From an uncultured beta proteobacterium (GTDB lineage Bacteria; Pseudomonadota; Gammaproteobacteria; Burkholderiales; Casimicrobiaceae), in contig CAWDTZ010000004.1 in assembly GCA_963805355.1 (NCBI GenBank), positions 203,757-267,756 of the forward strand: DNA of 64,000 bases, given 5' to 3'. Shown here in pieces: positions 1 through 10,373 of the stretch (the first letter of the stretch is position 1; each line of letters begins with the position of its first letter). The translations under genes were made by a program, and so were the position numbers. Under the pieces are notes generated by a model. It was not told the origin of the DNA. It ran no database searches and saw only the letters and a list, made by a program, of their open reading frames with translations.

Positions 1-1
1 C

Positions 2-1087
2 GCGCGCAGTCCAGTGCGGCACCTCCTTGGCCTCGACACCGAGGGACAGGTATTCCGCGATCGCTTCCTGATCGCCGACATCCGCATGGCGTCGGATTTT
101 CCGGCCGAGCGCCGCTTCTGGTTCGACCCGCCGTTCCATCCCAATCAGTCGGTGCTGCTGCACCGGCAGCCCGACAACGTATGGCGCGTCGATTTCCAGC
201 TAGGCTGGGACGCGGACCCCGAGGTGGAGAAGCAGCCGGAACGCATCCTGCCGCGCCTGCGCGCCATGCTCGGCTCCGACGCCAGGTTCGAGATCGAGTG
301 GGCCAGCGTCTACACGTTTCAATGCCGGCGGATGCAGAAATTCCGCCAGGGCCGCGTGCTGTTCGCGGGGGACGCGGCCCATCTCGTCAGTCCCTTCGGC
401 GCGCGCGGCGCCAACAGCGGCGTGCAGGACGCGGACAACCTGGGCTGGAAGCTCGACCTCGTGTTGCGCGGTCTCGCCCCCGCAGGCTTGCTCGACAGTT
501 ACGACGACGAACGCGTGACTGCGGCCGACGACAACATCCGCAACTCGACGCGCTCCACCGACTTCATCACGCCCAAGAGCCCGATATCCCGGGTATTCCG
601 CGACGCGGTGCTTGGACTCGCGCGGGATTTTCCTTTTGCGCGGCGGCTGGTCAACAGCGGACGATTGTCGGTGCCCACGGTGCTGGCGGAGTCCTCGCTC
701 AACACACCGGACGTCGAACCCTTTGCCGGCGCGATGGTGCCCGGCGCGCCGGCCGCCGACGCGCCGGTGGCCGGGCCGCATGGCGATTGGCTGCTCGACT
801 ACCTCGGCGGCACGTTCGTGCTGCTGGTTTTCGCATCGCCTGTGGCCGCTGACGTCGTGCGTGTGCTCGCCGGCGACGACGTGCCATGTCGCGTGGTGGT
901 AATCGGCGGCGATGCGCCTGCGGCGCTGGTCGACACCACCGGCCTGGCAGCAGCGCGCTACGACGGCACGCCCGGCACCTGCTACCTGTTTCGCCCCGAC
1001 CAGCATGTGTGCGCGCGCTGGCGCAGCTTCAGTCCGTCGCGGGTACGCGCGGCGATCGCACGCGCCTGCGCGCGCGCCGATTCGTGA
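2..1087 (+). CDS. FAD-dependent aromatic hydroxylase (class A flavoprotein monooxygenase, PheA/TfdB/MhpA-like), 5'-truncated by window edge
   Basis: The frame is open to the window start. FAGDAAHLVSPFGARGANSGVQDADNLGWKL is the conserved FAD-binding fingerprint of this family. It is followed by a C-terminal tail of about 150 aa, as in MhpA-type enzymes. Confidence 0.8.
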   Translation, partial: ARSPVRHLLGLDTEGQVFRDRFLIADIRMASDFPAERRFWFDPPFHPNQSVLLHRQPDNVWRVDFQLGWDADPEVEKQPERILPRLRAMLGSDARFEIEWASVYTFQCRRMQKFRQGRVLFAGDAAHLVSPFGARGANSGVQDADNLGWKLDLVLRGLAPAGLLDSYDDERVTAADDNIRNSTRSTDFITPKSPISRVFRDAVLGLARDFPFARRLVNSGRLSVPTVLAESSLNTPDVEPFAGAMVPGAPAADAPVAGPHGDWLLDYLGGTFVLLVFASPVAADVVRVLAGDDVPCRVVVIGGDAPAALVDTTGLAAARYDGTPGTCYLFRPDQHVCARWRSFSPSRVRAAIARACARADS

Positions 1088-1097
1088 GGTCATTGTC

Positions 1098-1310
1098 ATG
1101 CTCAATATCGAAGCCAATCTTGCCGCGCCCGACGATTTCTACGAGGCGCTCCTGGGCATCCACCGCGACCTGACGGAGGCGCAGAGCGCGCTGGTCAATG
1201 CGCGGCTGATCCTGCTGCTGGCCAACCATATCGGCGATGCCACCGTGTTGCGCGAGGCGATGCAGGCCGCGCGCGCCGGAGCAATTGCCGCCACCGGGGC
1301 CGGTCGCTGA
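1098..1310 (+). CDS. small DUF2783-like protein
   Basis: 70-aa ORF ([47 protein letters not shown]...) with its ATG 11 nt after the hydroxylase stop. The family assignment is from memory of the small protein that accompanies such hydroxylases. Confidence 0.55.
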   Translation: MLNIEANLAAPDDFYEALLGIHRDLTEAQSALVNARLILLLANHIGDATVLREAMQAARAGAIAATGAGR

Positions 1311-1350
1311 GCGCGACCCGGCTTCTTCAGCGAGGACGCAAAGTTCAATC

Positions 1351-2703
1351 ATGAGTGCCACGATCCTGTCACCCTCGGCCGCGGCGGTTGCCGCGCCCGG
1401 ACGCGTCGCACCGCTTGCCTACCAGTCGGGCTTCGGCAATGAATTCGCCACTGAAGCGCTGCCCGGGGCGTTGCCGCAGGGCCAGAATTCACCGCAGCGT
1501 GCGCCGTATGGGCTCTATGCGGAGCAGTTGTCGGGCACGGCCTTCACCGCGCCGCGTGCGTCGAATTTTCGCGCCTGGGCCTATCGGATACGCCCGGCCG
1601 CAATGCACGAGCCCTTCGCTCCGCTGGCCCATGCGCGCTGCTCCAGCGTATTCGGCGAGGTGCCCGTGCCGCCCAACCAGATGCGCTGGGACCCGCTGCC
1701 GCTGCCCACCGCGCCCACCGACTTCATCGACGGCCTCGTTACCATGGCCGGCAACGGCTCGGCGCAGGGCATGGCCGGTTGCGCCATCCATGTCTATGCC
1801 GCCAACCAATCGATGACCGACCGCTTCTTCTACGATGCGGACGGCGAATTGCTGATCGTGCCGCAGCAGGGGCGGCTCATGTGCCTGACCGAATTCGGCC
1901 GCATCGAGGTCGAGCCGCAGGAAATCGTCGTGATTCCGCGCGGCGTGCGTTTTCGCGTCGAATTGCCCGACGGTGCCGCGCGCGGCTACGTTTGCGAGAA
2001 CTTCGGCGCGGCGTTCCGGTTGCCGGACCTCGGTCCGCTGGGATCGAACGGGCTGGCCAATCCGCGCGATTTCCTGACGCCGCATGCGTGGTACGAGGAT
2101 CGCGAGGGCGCGTTCGAACTGGTCGCCAAGTTCATGGGCCGCCTGTGGCGCGCCGCGATCGACCATTCGCCGCTGGATGTGGTGGCGTGGCATGGCAACT
2201 ACGCGCCCTACAAATACGACTTACGCCGCTTCAATGCGATCGGTTCGATCAGCTACGACCATCCGGACCCGTCGATCTTCCTCGTGCTGCAATCAGTGAG
2301 CGATACACCCGGCGTGGACATGATCGATTTCGTGATCTTTCCGCCGCGCATCCTGGCGATGGAGCACACGTTCCGGCCACCGTGGTTTCATCGCAACGTG
2401 GCGAGCGAATTCATGGGCATCGTCCATGGCGTCTACGACGCGAAGGCGGAAGGCTTTGTTCCGGGCGGCGCCAGCCTGCACAACTGCATGACCGGGCACG
2501 GGCCGGATGTGGACACCTTCGAGCGCGCCAGTACGGCCGATCTCTCGCAGCCCACGCGCATCACCGACACGATGGCCTTCATGTTCGAGACGCGGCTGCC
2601 GATCCTGCCCACGCGTCACGCGCTCGAATCGGCGCAGCTGCAGCCGGAGTACTACCGCTGCTGGCAGGGCCTGCGCAAGCACTTCAATCCGCACCAACCG
2701 TGA
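1351..2703 (+). CDS. hmgA: homogentisate 1,2-dioxygenase
   Basis: Starts at ATG 1351. Carries [46 protein letters not shown] plus a conserved C-terminal region ([16 protein letters not shown]). About 450 aa, the canonical HmgA length. The longer track ORF from 1237 overlaps the upstream gene and is rejected. Confidence 0.95.
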   Translation: MSATILSPSAAAVAAPGRVAPLAYQSGFGNEFATEALPGALPQGQNSPQRAPYGLYAEQLSGTAFTAPRASNFRAWAYRIRPAAMHEPFAPLAHARCSSVFGEVPVPPNQMRWDPLPLPTAPTDFIDGLVTMAGNGSAQGMAGCAIHVYAANQSMTDRFFYDADGELLIVPQQGRLMCLTEFGRIEVEPQEIVVIPRGVRFRVELPDGAARGYVCENFGAAFRLPDLGPLGSNGLANPRDFLTPHAWYEDREGAFELVAKFMGRLWRAAIDHSPLDVVAWHGNYAPYKYDLRRFNAIGSISYDHPDPSIFLVLQSVSDTPGVDMIDFVIFPPRILAMEHTFRPPWFHRNVASEFMGIVHGVYDAKAEGFVPGGASLHNCMTGHGPDVDTFERASTADLSQPTRITDTMAFMFETRLPILPTRHALESAQLQPEYYRCWQGLRKHFNPHQP

Positions 2704-2720
2704 ACCCGACGGACGCCACC

Positions 2721-3503
2721 ATGACCGCTGCCTACGACACCATTCTTACCGAAACCCGCGACCGCGTCGGCATCGTCCGGCTCAACCGTCCGCAACGGAT
2801 GAACGCGCTCAACGACGTGCTGGCGCGTGAATTGGGCGCGGCATTGCACGCGTTTGACGACGATCCCGCCATCGGCTGCATCGTGCTTACCGGCAACGAG
2901 AAGGCCTTTGCCGCGGGTGCCGACATCGGCGCGATGGCGCAATGGGACTATGCCAAGGTGTTTGGCGACGACTACATTACGCGCGACTGGGAGGCCGTGC
3001 GGCGCATCCGCAAGCCGGTGGTGGCTGCCGTCGCCGGCTATGCGCTGGGCGGCGGCTGCGAACTGGCGATGGCATGCGACACGATCATTGCGGCAGACAC
3101 GGCCAAGTTCGGCCAGCCCGAGATCACGATCGGCACGATGCCGGGGATGGGGGGCACGCAGCGGCTGCCGCGCGCAATCGGCAAGGCCAAGGCCTTCGAC
3201 TGGTGCCTCACCGGACGCATGGTGGACGCCGTCGAAGCCGAGCGCACGGGTCTCGTGGCGCGCGTGGTGGCCGCCGCCGCGCTCGAGACCGAAGCGTTGG
3301 CGTTCGCGACGAAGATCGCGTCGTTTTCGCTGCCCGTGGTGCTGAAGATCAAGGAAGCGATCAACCGCGCGTACGAGTCGACGCTGGCGGAAGGGTTGCT
3401 GTTCGAGCGCCGCGAATTCCACGCCACTTTTGCGCTGGCGGACCAGAAGGAAGGCATGGCCGCGTTCGTGGAGAAAAGGAAGCCGGTGTTCCGGCATCGC
3501 TAG
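2721..3503 (+). CDS. enoyl-CoA hydratase/isomerase (crotonase family)
   Basis: Starts at ATG 2721. Shows [20 protein letters not shown] and [15 protein letters not shown]. 260 aa. Confidence 0.9.
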   Translation: MTAAYDTILTETRDRVGIVRLNRPQRMNALNDVLARELGAALHAFDDDPAIGCIVLTGNEKAFAAGADIGAMAQWDYAKVFGDDYITRDWEAVRRIRKPVVAAVAGYALGGGCELAMACDTIIAADTAKFGQPEITIGTMPGMGGTQRLPRAIGKAKAFDWCLTGRMVDAVEAERTGLVARVVAAAALETEALAFATKIASFSLPVVLKIKEAINRAYESTLAEGLLFERREFHATFALADQKEGMAAFVEKRKPVFRHR

Positions 3504-3577
3504 GATCAGCGCGCACGGTAGAATCGGGACTGCGGTGTCGGCACTGGTAGCCGCGCCTCCTGACCCGGATCGTGCTC

Positions 3578-4198
3578 ATGACGCCTCATCGCCTGCTGGT
3601 CGTCCCGTTGCTGCTGTGCTTTGCCCTCGCCGGGTGCATGTCGATGTCCACATCGACATCGATCAAGGGCGTGTGGAAGGATCCCAAGTTTACCGGCCCG
3701 CCGCTGCGCAAGATCTTCGTGATCAGCCTGATGAAGATCCAGCCCGGCGGTCGTGATGCGGTCGAGGACGCCATTGTCGCGCAGCTGAAGGCCGGCGGCA
3801 CCGATGCCGTGGCGGCGCACACCGTCAAGGGCGACGACACCGAGTTGATCACCGTCATCCGCAATTCCGGGGCCGATGGCGTCCTGATGGCGCAGGTGCG
3901 CTGGCTGGCGGCCTTCGAGCCCTACACCGTCACCGAGACGATGGATGCGCCGACGCCGGACAAGATGGGACTTTCGGATTTCTTCAAGGACCAGGGGGCG
4001 GATGAGCCGGGCGACTACAAGGTTGCGCGGATCGGTACCGGACTATGGGTCGGGGCCTTCAACAAGCAGGTGTGGACGGCCTTCACCGACTCGTATGACG
4101 CCGCCAAACTGGCCCGCAACATTCCCGACTACACGACCAAACTGGTTGCCGCGCTTGCCCGGGACGGCATGATCGTGCCACCCAGGCCTGCCAACTGA
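3578..4198 (+). CDS. lipoprotein of unknown function
   Basis: Signal peptide with a lipobox (LCFALAG-C). ATG 3578 is preferred, GTG 3572 is possible. No catalytic motif recognised. Confidence 0.6.
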   Translation: MTPHRLLVVPLLLCFALAGCMSMSTSTSIKGVWKDPKFTGPPLRKIFVISLMKIQPGGRDAVEDAIVAQLKAGGTDAVAAHTVKGDDTELITVIRNSGADGVLMAQVRWLAAFEPYTVTETMDAPTPDKMGLSDFFKDQGADEPGDYKVARIGTGLWVGAFNKQVWTAFTDSYDAAKLARNIPDYTTKLVAALARDGMIVPPRPAN

Positions 4199-4222
4199 TT
4201 CACTTCACGGAGATCACGACCC

Positions 4223-4843
4223 ATGTCGATGTTGCGCACCCTGGCCCTCGCGGGCATGACCTTGCTGCTGGCCGCATGCCAATCCACCAGCATCCGTTCG
4301 GCGTGGTACGACACCAACTACAAGGGGGGCGTGCTGCGCAAGGTGGTGGTTGTCGCCAGCGACGGCACCACGGCGGACAGCCGCGTGGTGGAGGACATCA
4401 TCGTGCAGAAACTGAATGCCGCGGGGGTACAGGGCATTCCTGGCTACGCCACGGTGCCGCCCGAAGCCCGTCACGGCGAAGCGTCGTTCTCGGCGGCCGT
4501 GGCGGCCACCGGCGCCGATGCGGTGCTGATGGTGCGGCTGTTGCGCGTGGATACCAAGACGCAGGTGTCGACGATGATGGTTCCCGGCCGCGGATTTGGA
4601 CCCTACGGCGGCTTCTATGGCGGCTTCTACGGCGGCCCGGGCTTCTATCCGGTGGCGGACGTCACGCAATACGACGTGGCGTCGGTGGAGACCAACCTGT
4701 ACGACGCCCGCACGCGCGCGCTGATCTGGGCGGGCACGACCGAGACGATCAACCCATCGAACGTGGGCAAGGAGGCGCCTGGCTTCGCCGACCTGCTGGT
4801 CACGCAGTTTCGCGCGCGCGGATTGTTGCCGGCCGCGAAGTAG
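4223..4843 (+). CDS. lipoprotein, paralog of 3578..4198, with Gly/Tyr-rich segment
   Basis: GGAGA lies about 10 nt upstream of the ATG. Lipobox LLLAA-C. Shares the pattern SI[KR]..W.D..[FY].G..LRK and VED.IV..L with its neighbour. Contains GRGFGPYGGFYGGFYGGPGFYP. Confidence 0.6.
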   Translation: MSMLRTLALAGMTLLLAACQSTSIRSAWYDTNYKGGVLRKVVVVASDGTTADSRVVEDIIVQKLNAAGVQGIPGYATVPPEARHGEASFSAAVAATGADAVLMVRLLRVDTKTQVSTMMVPGRGFGPYGGFYGGFYGGPGFYPVADVTQYDVASVETNLYDARTRALIWAGTTETINPSNVGKEAPGFADLLVTQFRARGLLPAAK

Positions 4844-4848
4844 CGCAG

Positions 4849-5334
4849 TCAGGGCTGCCGGCTGAAGCGCATCACATCGCCGTTGGCGAGCGTCAGGGCC
4901 AGCTCCGCGCGCGCGACGCCGAACGTGGCCGCGCGTTCCAGGTCGCGCAGGAACTCGCTGTCGCGCGAGCCGGCCTCGCACCCCATCTTGGTGACGGCGA
5001 ATGGCCCCATCTTCAAGTTGGCGCCGTTGAGTGCATAGGCGCCGGCGCCACGATTGCAGTCGGCGCGCACGGTGACGCGACCGCCGGCCTGGAACGCCAG
5101 CGTGAAGCGATCCGCGCCCGCCGGCGGCACGACCGGTGCGCTGCCCTGCTGCGTGCCCAGCCATCGCCACACCACGCCCACGAGGTCGTTGCTGTCGGCG
5201 GCAATCATGGGCGGCGGGGGCGTGCTGCCGGGCGCGAACGCCGGCACGCGGTTGAGACTGCCTTCGTTGGCGGGTGCGGCGCATGCCGCCAGCAAGGGCA
5301 GCAGCGCCACCAGCCGGAAAATCGAGCGGAGCAT
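4849..5334 (-). CDS. META/HslJ-domain lipoprotein
   Basis: Lipobox LLAA-C. RFTLAFQAGGRVTVRADCNRGAGAY...MGPFAVTKMGC fits the META (DUF306) pattern. Confidence 0.65.
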   Translation of the reverse strand: MLRSIFRLVALLPLLAACAAPANEGSLNRVPAFAPGSTPPPPMIAADSNDLVGVVWRWLGTQQGSAPVVPPAGADRFTLAFQAGGRVTVRADCNRGAGAYALNGANLKMGPFAVTKMGCEAGSRDSEFLRDLERAATFGVARAELALTLANGDVMRFSRQP

Positions 5335-5448
5335 GTTCGGTCATCCTGTACTGAGCAAAAATCGATGATAACGCGGCATGGCTGCGGTCGTGCGCGGACG
5401 GGTAGAATCTTCGACTTCGCCGTCATCGCCCGATTGAGTCCCGTCACC

Positions 5449-6710
5449 ATGTCCCGTCATGCCGCCATCCTTGCCGCGCTGAATGCAAAGCGCGTTTTCG
5501 ACCATTGCGAAACGCTGGGCCGGTTGTCGGAACTCGACGGTGGATTGACTCGCGTTTTCCTGTCGCCGCAGCAGGCGCAGGCCAACGCGCTGGTGCTGGA
5601 ATGGATGCGCGAGGCCGGGCATGCAGGCGCACCTCGACGCGATGGGCAATTGCGTTGGCCGTTACGAAGGCACGACACCCGGTTTGCCGTGCCTGATGCT
5701 GGGTTCGCATCTCGATACCGTGCGCGATGCGGGCAAATACGACGGGATGCTGGGCGTCCTGTCCGCGATCGAATGCGTTGCGGCGTTGCATGCAACAGCG
5801 CACGCGACTGCCGCATGCCATCGAAGTCGTCGGCTTCGGCGACGAGGAGGGCGTGCGCTTCGGCTCCACCCTGCTTGGCAGCCGCGCGGTGGCCGGCACT
5901 TTCGACCGCGCGCTGCTCGACAAGACCGACGCTGCCGGTATCACGATGCGCGATGCGCTGCTCGCGTTCGGACTCGATGTTGCCGGCGTCGATACGGTCG
6001 CCCGGCGACCGGAGCAGGTGCTGGCCTACGCGGAACTGCATATTGAGCAAGGTCCGGTGCTCGAGGCCGAGGGCCTGGCCGTGGGCGTGGTCACCGCCAT
6101 CAACGGCGGCAATCGTTTCAGTATCGAATTGACCGGCATGGCTGGCCACGCCGGCACGGTGCCGATGGGATTGCGCCGCGACGCGCTGGCGGCGGCGGCG
6201 GAATGCATCCTGGCCGTCGAGCGCATTGCCGGTTCGATGCCCGAAGTGGTCGGTACCGTGGGCCGCATTGACGCGCGGCCCGGCGCGATGAACGTCATTC
6301 CGGGCAAGGTCGTGTTTTCGCTCGACGTGCGCGCGCCCACCGATGCGCAGCGGCACACGGCAGTCGCGGCGATCCGCGCCGGTTTCGAAGGTATCGCGCA
6401 GCGCCGCCATGTCGGCATCGCATTCGCGCCGTTGTGGGACGCAAAGACGGCACCATGTGCAGCGGCCATGCAGGCACAGTTCGCCGCGGCCATCGAGCAT
6501 GAGGGCCTGCCGGTACGTCACCTGCCCTCGGGCGCCGGACATGACGGCATGGCGTTGATCGATATCGCGCCCATCGGCATGCTGTTCGTCCGTTGCGAAG
6601 GCGGCATCAGTCACAACCCGGCCGAGGCCGTCACGTTGGCCGACGTCGCCACCGGCACGCGAGTGTTCGCGCGCTTCATCATCGATTTTGTGCCGCCACC
6701 GCGCGTTTGA
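5449..6710 (+). pseudogene. M20-family amidohydrolase (allantoate amidohydrolase / N-carbamoyl-L-amino-acid hydrolase-like) disrupted by two frame shifts
   Basis: The homologous reading passes through three frames. The first is MSRHAAILAALNAKRVFDHCETLGRLSELDGGLTRVFLSPQQAQANALVLEWMREAG. After about 5617-5620 it continues as MQAHLDAMGNCVGRYEG..GSHLDTVRDAGKYDGMLGVLSAIECVAALHA. After about 5794 it continues as QRTRLPHAIEVVGFGDEEGVRFGSTLLGS... to the stop at 6710. Confidence 0.8.
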
Positions 6711-6715
6711 TCGCC

Positions 6716-7963
6716 ATGTCCGATATCGCCACCGCCATTAGCAGTTACCTTTCCCGGCACCGTCACGACGAGGAGGCCTTCCTGGCCGAACTGGTCAAGG
6801 TGCCTTCCGACAATCCGCCGGGCGATTGCGCGCCACACGCGCAACGCGCCGCGCAACTGCTCGAGGCGATGGGGCTCACGGTGGAGCGCCACGTGGTGCC
6901 CGCTGCGGAAGCCGCCGCCAACGGCATGATCTCGTGCACCAACCTCGTGGTCCGCGTGCGTTTCGGCAACGGCACGGGTCCGGTCATCGCGATGAACGCC
7001 CACGGCGACGTCGTGCCACCGGGCCTCAACTGGACGGCTGATCCCTATGGCGCCGAGGTGCGCGACGGCTATATGTACGGCCGCGGCGTGGCGGTGTCGA
7101 AGTCCGATTTCGCCACCTACACGTTTGCGTTGCGCGCGCTGCAGGACGCTGCCGCGCAAGGCATGCGTTTCGACGGCACGGTCGAACTGCACTTCACCTA
7201 CGACGAGGAAGTGGGCGGTGCGATCGGGCCGGAATGGTTGCTGGCGCGCAAGATCAGCACGCCCGACTTTGCACTCTCCGCCGGCTTTGCCTACGGCATC
7301 ACCACGGCGCACAACGGATGCCTGCATCTCGAAGTCGAGGTGATCGGCAAATCCGGTCATGCCGCGGAGCCGGAAAAGGGTGTGGATGCGCTCGAGGCTG
7401 CCAACGGGTTGCTCACCGATCTCTATGCATTGCGCAAGACCTATGGCGCATTGCGGTCGACGATCACCGGGATCGGTTCGCCCACGCTGGTGGTCGGCCT
7501 GATCAAGGGTGGGATCAACACGAACGTGGTGCCGGACAATGTCGTGTTCCGCATCGACCGGCGGATCATCCCGGAGGAAAACCCGGCGGAAGTCGAAGCG
7601 ACGTTGACGCGGCAGGTCCACGAATTCGCGCGCCGATGGCCTGCCGTCAAGGTCAAGGTGCGCAAGATCCTGCTGGCGGTGCCCTTCGTGCCGATTGCCG
7701 GGCAGGAAAAACTGGTGGCGGCCTTGCAGCGCCATGGGGAGGCGGTGATGGGCGAGCCATTGCGCACGCATGGCGTGCCCATCTACACCGACGCCCGGCT
7801 CTATACCGCCGCCGGCGTGCCCGCCGTGCTCTACGGCGCCGGGCCGCGCACGCTGGTGGAGGCCAACGGCCATCGCGCCGATGAAAAACTGAAGCTCGAC
7901 GATTTGCACAAGGCCACGCTGGTGGTGGCACTGGCGTTGGCGGATCTGCTGACGCCCGCATGA
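6716..7963 (+). CDS. M20-family metallopeptidase/deacylase (ArgE/DapE/CPG2-like)
   Basis: Starts at ATG 6716. Shows VIAMNAHGDVVPPG, HFTYDEEVGG and GKSGHAAEPEKGVDA. 415 aa. Confidence 0.85.
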   Translation: MSDIATAISSYLSRHRHDEEAFLAELVKVPSDNPPGDCAPHAQRAAQLLEAMGLTVERHVVPAAEAAANGMISCTNLVVRVRFGNGTGPVIAMNAHGDVVPPGLNWTADPYGAEVRDGYMYGRGVAVSKSDFATYTFALRALQDAAAQGMRFDGTVELHFTYDEEVGGAIGPEWLLARKISTPDFALSAGFAYGITTAHNGCLHLEVEVIGKSGHAAEPEKGVDALEAANGLLTDLYALRKTYGALRSTITGIGSPTLVVGLIKGGINTNVVPDNVVFRIDRRIIPEENPAEVEATLTRQVHEFARRWPAVKVKVRKILLAVPFVPIAGQEKLVAALQRHGEAVMGEPLRTHGVPIYTDARLYTAAGVPAVLYGAGPRTLVEANGHRADEKLKLDDLHKATLVVALALADLLTPA

Positions 7964-8003
7964 TGTCACGGCTGGCGGCGCGGGTGTCCCGTGAACCGCG
8001 GCA

Positions 8004-9230
8004 TTGCCTTTGAGCACGCCGTCGCCCATTCCGTCCGGCCCGACGATGACATTGCTGTGGTGGCGGGTCAGCGCGCTGGGCGTGGCGCAGATTGTCGCGT
8101 GGGGTACGCTGTTCTACACGATTGCGGTGCTTGGCGCCGCGATGCGCGCCGATACGGGCGTGAACGAACTCTGGCTGTTCGGTAGTTTCACGGCGGGCCT
8201 TTTCCTGTCCGGCATGTTGTCGCCTTATGTCGGACGCCAGATCGATATCCTGGGCGGGCGCCGCGTACTGATGGTGGGCTCGCTGCTGGGGGCGATGGCG
8301 TGTGCGTCGCTGGCCGTCGCGCAAGGTCCGGTGACCGTGCTGGCCGGATGGCTGCTGGCGGGCATTGCGATGTCCGCCGGGTTGTACGATCCGGCGTTTG
8401 CCACGCTGCACCAGATGGCCGGTGTCAACTATCGCCGCACTGTCACGGCGCTGACCTTGTTTGGCGGTTTTGCCAGCACTGTCTTCTGGCCGTTGTCGCA
8501 GTACCTGCTGGAGACGGTGGGGTGGCGCGGGGCATTCGCGGTCTACGCCGGACTGCATTTCGCGCTGTGCCTGCCGATCCATGCGTGGGGCGTGCCGTCC
8601 GGACTGGGCGCGACGCGGCCCGCCGAACCCACGGCGGCGCCGGTGCAAGGGCCGGCGCCGTTGCCGCGCGAACGCGAGGTATTCATGTGGCTTGCCACCG
8701 CGCTGTCGCTGGTGGCCTTCATCAGCACGGCGATTGCCGCGCATTTCATCACGCTGATGACAGCCAGCGGGCTCTCCGCGCGCGATGCTGTGCTGATCGG
8801 AGCGATGATCGGACCGATGCAGGTGGCCGGACGCATCGTCGAATTCACGTTCACCAGGCACGTCCGCGCGCGTACCGTGGGCACGCTGGCGTTCGGGCTG
8901 ATGGTCGTGGCGCTGGCGATCTTCACGCAGGTGCGCGGCGTGTGGATTTTGGCACTTGCGTTCGTCATTCCGTATGGCTGGGCCAACGGCGTGGTGACGA
9001 TCGTTCGCGGTACCGTGCCGGCGGAGCTCTTCGGACCGCGCAATTACGGCGCGCTGCTGGGTCGGTTGGCGCTGCCGCAATTCATCCTGAAGGCGCTGGC
9101 ACCGTTCGCGCTGACGCTGCTTTTCTTCGTCGACCCGCAGCGCGTCTACGCGCCCTATGCGCTGTTGCTGGTGGGCGTGCTGGCGTTTGCGGCGTATCGC
9201 GCCGCGGTCGCTGCCGCGGCGCGTCCCTGA
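8004..9230 (+). CDS. MFS transporter
   Basis: About 12 hydrophobic segments and a GRQIDILGGRR loop motif between TM2 and TM3. Start is ambiguous (8004 or ATG 8046). Confidence 0.8.
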   Translation: MPLSTPSPIPSGPTMTLLWWRVSALGVAQIVAWGTLFYTIAVLGAAMRADTGVNELWLFGSFTAGLFLSGMLSPYVGRQIDILGGRRVLMVGSLLGAMACASLAVAQGPVTVLAGWLLAGIAMSAGLYDPAFATLHQMAGVNYRRTVTALTLFGGFASTVFWPLSQYLLETVGWRGAFAVYAGLHFALCLPIHAWGVPSGLGATRPAEPTAAPVQGPAPLPREREVFMWLATALSLVAFISTAIAAHFITLMTASGLSARDAVLIGAMIGPMQVAGRIVEFTFTRHVRARTVGTLAFGLMVVALAIFTQVRGVWILALAFVIPYGWANGVVTIVRGTVPAELFGPRNYGALLGRLALPQFILKALAPFALTLLFFVDPQRVYAPYALLLVGVLAFAAYRAAVAAAARP

Positions 9231-9235
9231 GCCGG

Positions 9236-9258
9236 GGCCGCGGATCGCCGCCGCGGCC
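9236..9258 (+). terminator. GC-rich hairpin after the MFS gene (possible terminator)
   Basis: GGCCGCGG-atcgccg-CCGCGGCC, an 8-bp perfect stem 6 nt after the stop. There is no T-tract. Confidence 0.3.
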
Positions 9259-9311
9259 ATCGGGTACCATCTGCCTATTCCCGCGTGCGTGCGCGGCATT
9301 GGAGAATCCAG

Positions 9312-10319
9312 TTGAAAAAAGTTGTATGGGGCGTGATCAGTACCGCCAAGATCGGCCGCGACCGGGTGTTGCCCGGCATGCTCAAGAGTGGACTGCTCGA
9401 AATTCGCGCAATCGCTTCGCGTGATGAAGCCACGGCGGTCAAGACCGCTGCCGCGCTCGGCATTGCGCAGGCCTACGGCTCGTATGAGGCATTGCTGGCC
9501 GACCCCGAGATCGAGGCCATCTACAACCCGCTGCCCAATCATCTGCACGTGCCGCTGACGCTGCGGGCGGCCGCCGCGGGCAAGCATGTACTCTGCGAGA
9601 AGCCGATCGCGTTGACGGCGATCGAAGCCACGGAGCTGCGTGCCGTCGCCGGCAGGGTGCTGATTGCGGAAGCCTTCATGGTGCGTTTCCATCCGCAATG
9701 GCTGCGCGCGCGCGAATTGGTGAGGAGCGGCCGCATCGGCACGCTGCGCGCGGTGCAGATGTTCTTCGGCTACAACAACGTCGACCCCAACAACGTCCGC
9801 AACAAGGCCGACATCGGCGGCGGCGGACTCTACGATATCGGCTGCTACGCGATCGTGGCGGGACGCTTTTTCCTTGAAACGGAGCCCACGCGCGGCATCG
9901 CGCTGGTCGATCGCTGCCCCACCTTCAGCACCGACCGGATGACCAGCGGGCTGGTCGATTTCGGCGACGGCCGGCGGCTTGATTTCACCGTGTCCACGCA
10001 GATCGCGCCGCATCAGCGCATTCAGCTGTGCGGCACCAAGGGTCGTATCGAGATCCCCATTCCGGTCAATGCGCCGCAGGGCGCCGCCACCCATATTTAC
10101 ATTGACGATTGCTCGTCGCTGGAGGGCGCGGGCATCGTCAGCGAAACGCTGCCGCCAAGCGACCAGTACATGCTGCAGGGTGAGGCGTTCTCGCGCGCGG
10201 TTCGCGGCGAGATCCCGCTCGAATATGGCATCGAGGATGCTATCGCCAACATGCGCGTCATCGACGCGCTGTTCCGCTCCGAGACGAGCGGGACTTGGGA
10301 GCCGATCCGGTCAGCGTAG
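9312..10319 (+). CDS. Gfo/Idh/MocA family NAD(P)-dependent oxidoreductase
   Basis: TTG start at 9312, preceded by GGAGA at 9301. N-terminal VVWGVISTAKIGRD Rossmann motif and the LCEKP motif. Confidence 0.85.
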   Translation: MKKVVWGVISTAKIGRDRVLPGMLKSGLLEIRAIASRDEATAVKTAAALGIAQAYGSYEALLADPEIEAIYNPLPNHLHVPLTLRAAAAGKHVLCEKPIALTAIEATELRAVAGRVLIAEAFMVRFHPQWLRARELVRSGRIGTLRAVQMFFGYNNVDPNNVRNKADIGGGGLYDIGCYAIVAGRFFLETEPTRGIALVDRCPTFSTDRMTSGLVDFGDGRRLDFTVSTQIAPHQRIQLCGTKGRIEIPIPVNAPQGAATHIYIDDCSSLEGAGIVSETLPPSDQYMLQGEAFSRAVRGEIPLEYGIEDAIANMRVIDALFRSETSGTWEPIRSA

Positions 10320-10373
10320 AAGGGCGCGAACGCCGATCGTCCTTCCTGCGGTGCTCCGGGGCGGAAGTCCTGC

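Noticed and set aside
4214-6132. 376-aa minus-strand and 618-aa plus-strand ORFs spanning the lipoprotein/HslJ/M20 region
   Set aside because: Only the segment from 5449 to about 5620 of the plus-strand ORF is meaningful; it is the N-terminus of the frameshifted hydrolase. The rest is antisense or out-of-frame read-through.
7653-10094. 813-aa ORF on the minus strand
   Set aside because: It is extremely Arg/Ala/Gly/Pro/His-rich with no motifs. It runs antisense to three well-supported genes (M20 peptidase, MFS, Gfo/Idh/MocA). This is a typical stop-codon-poor shadow frame in high-GC DNA.
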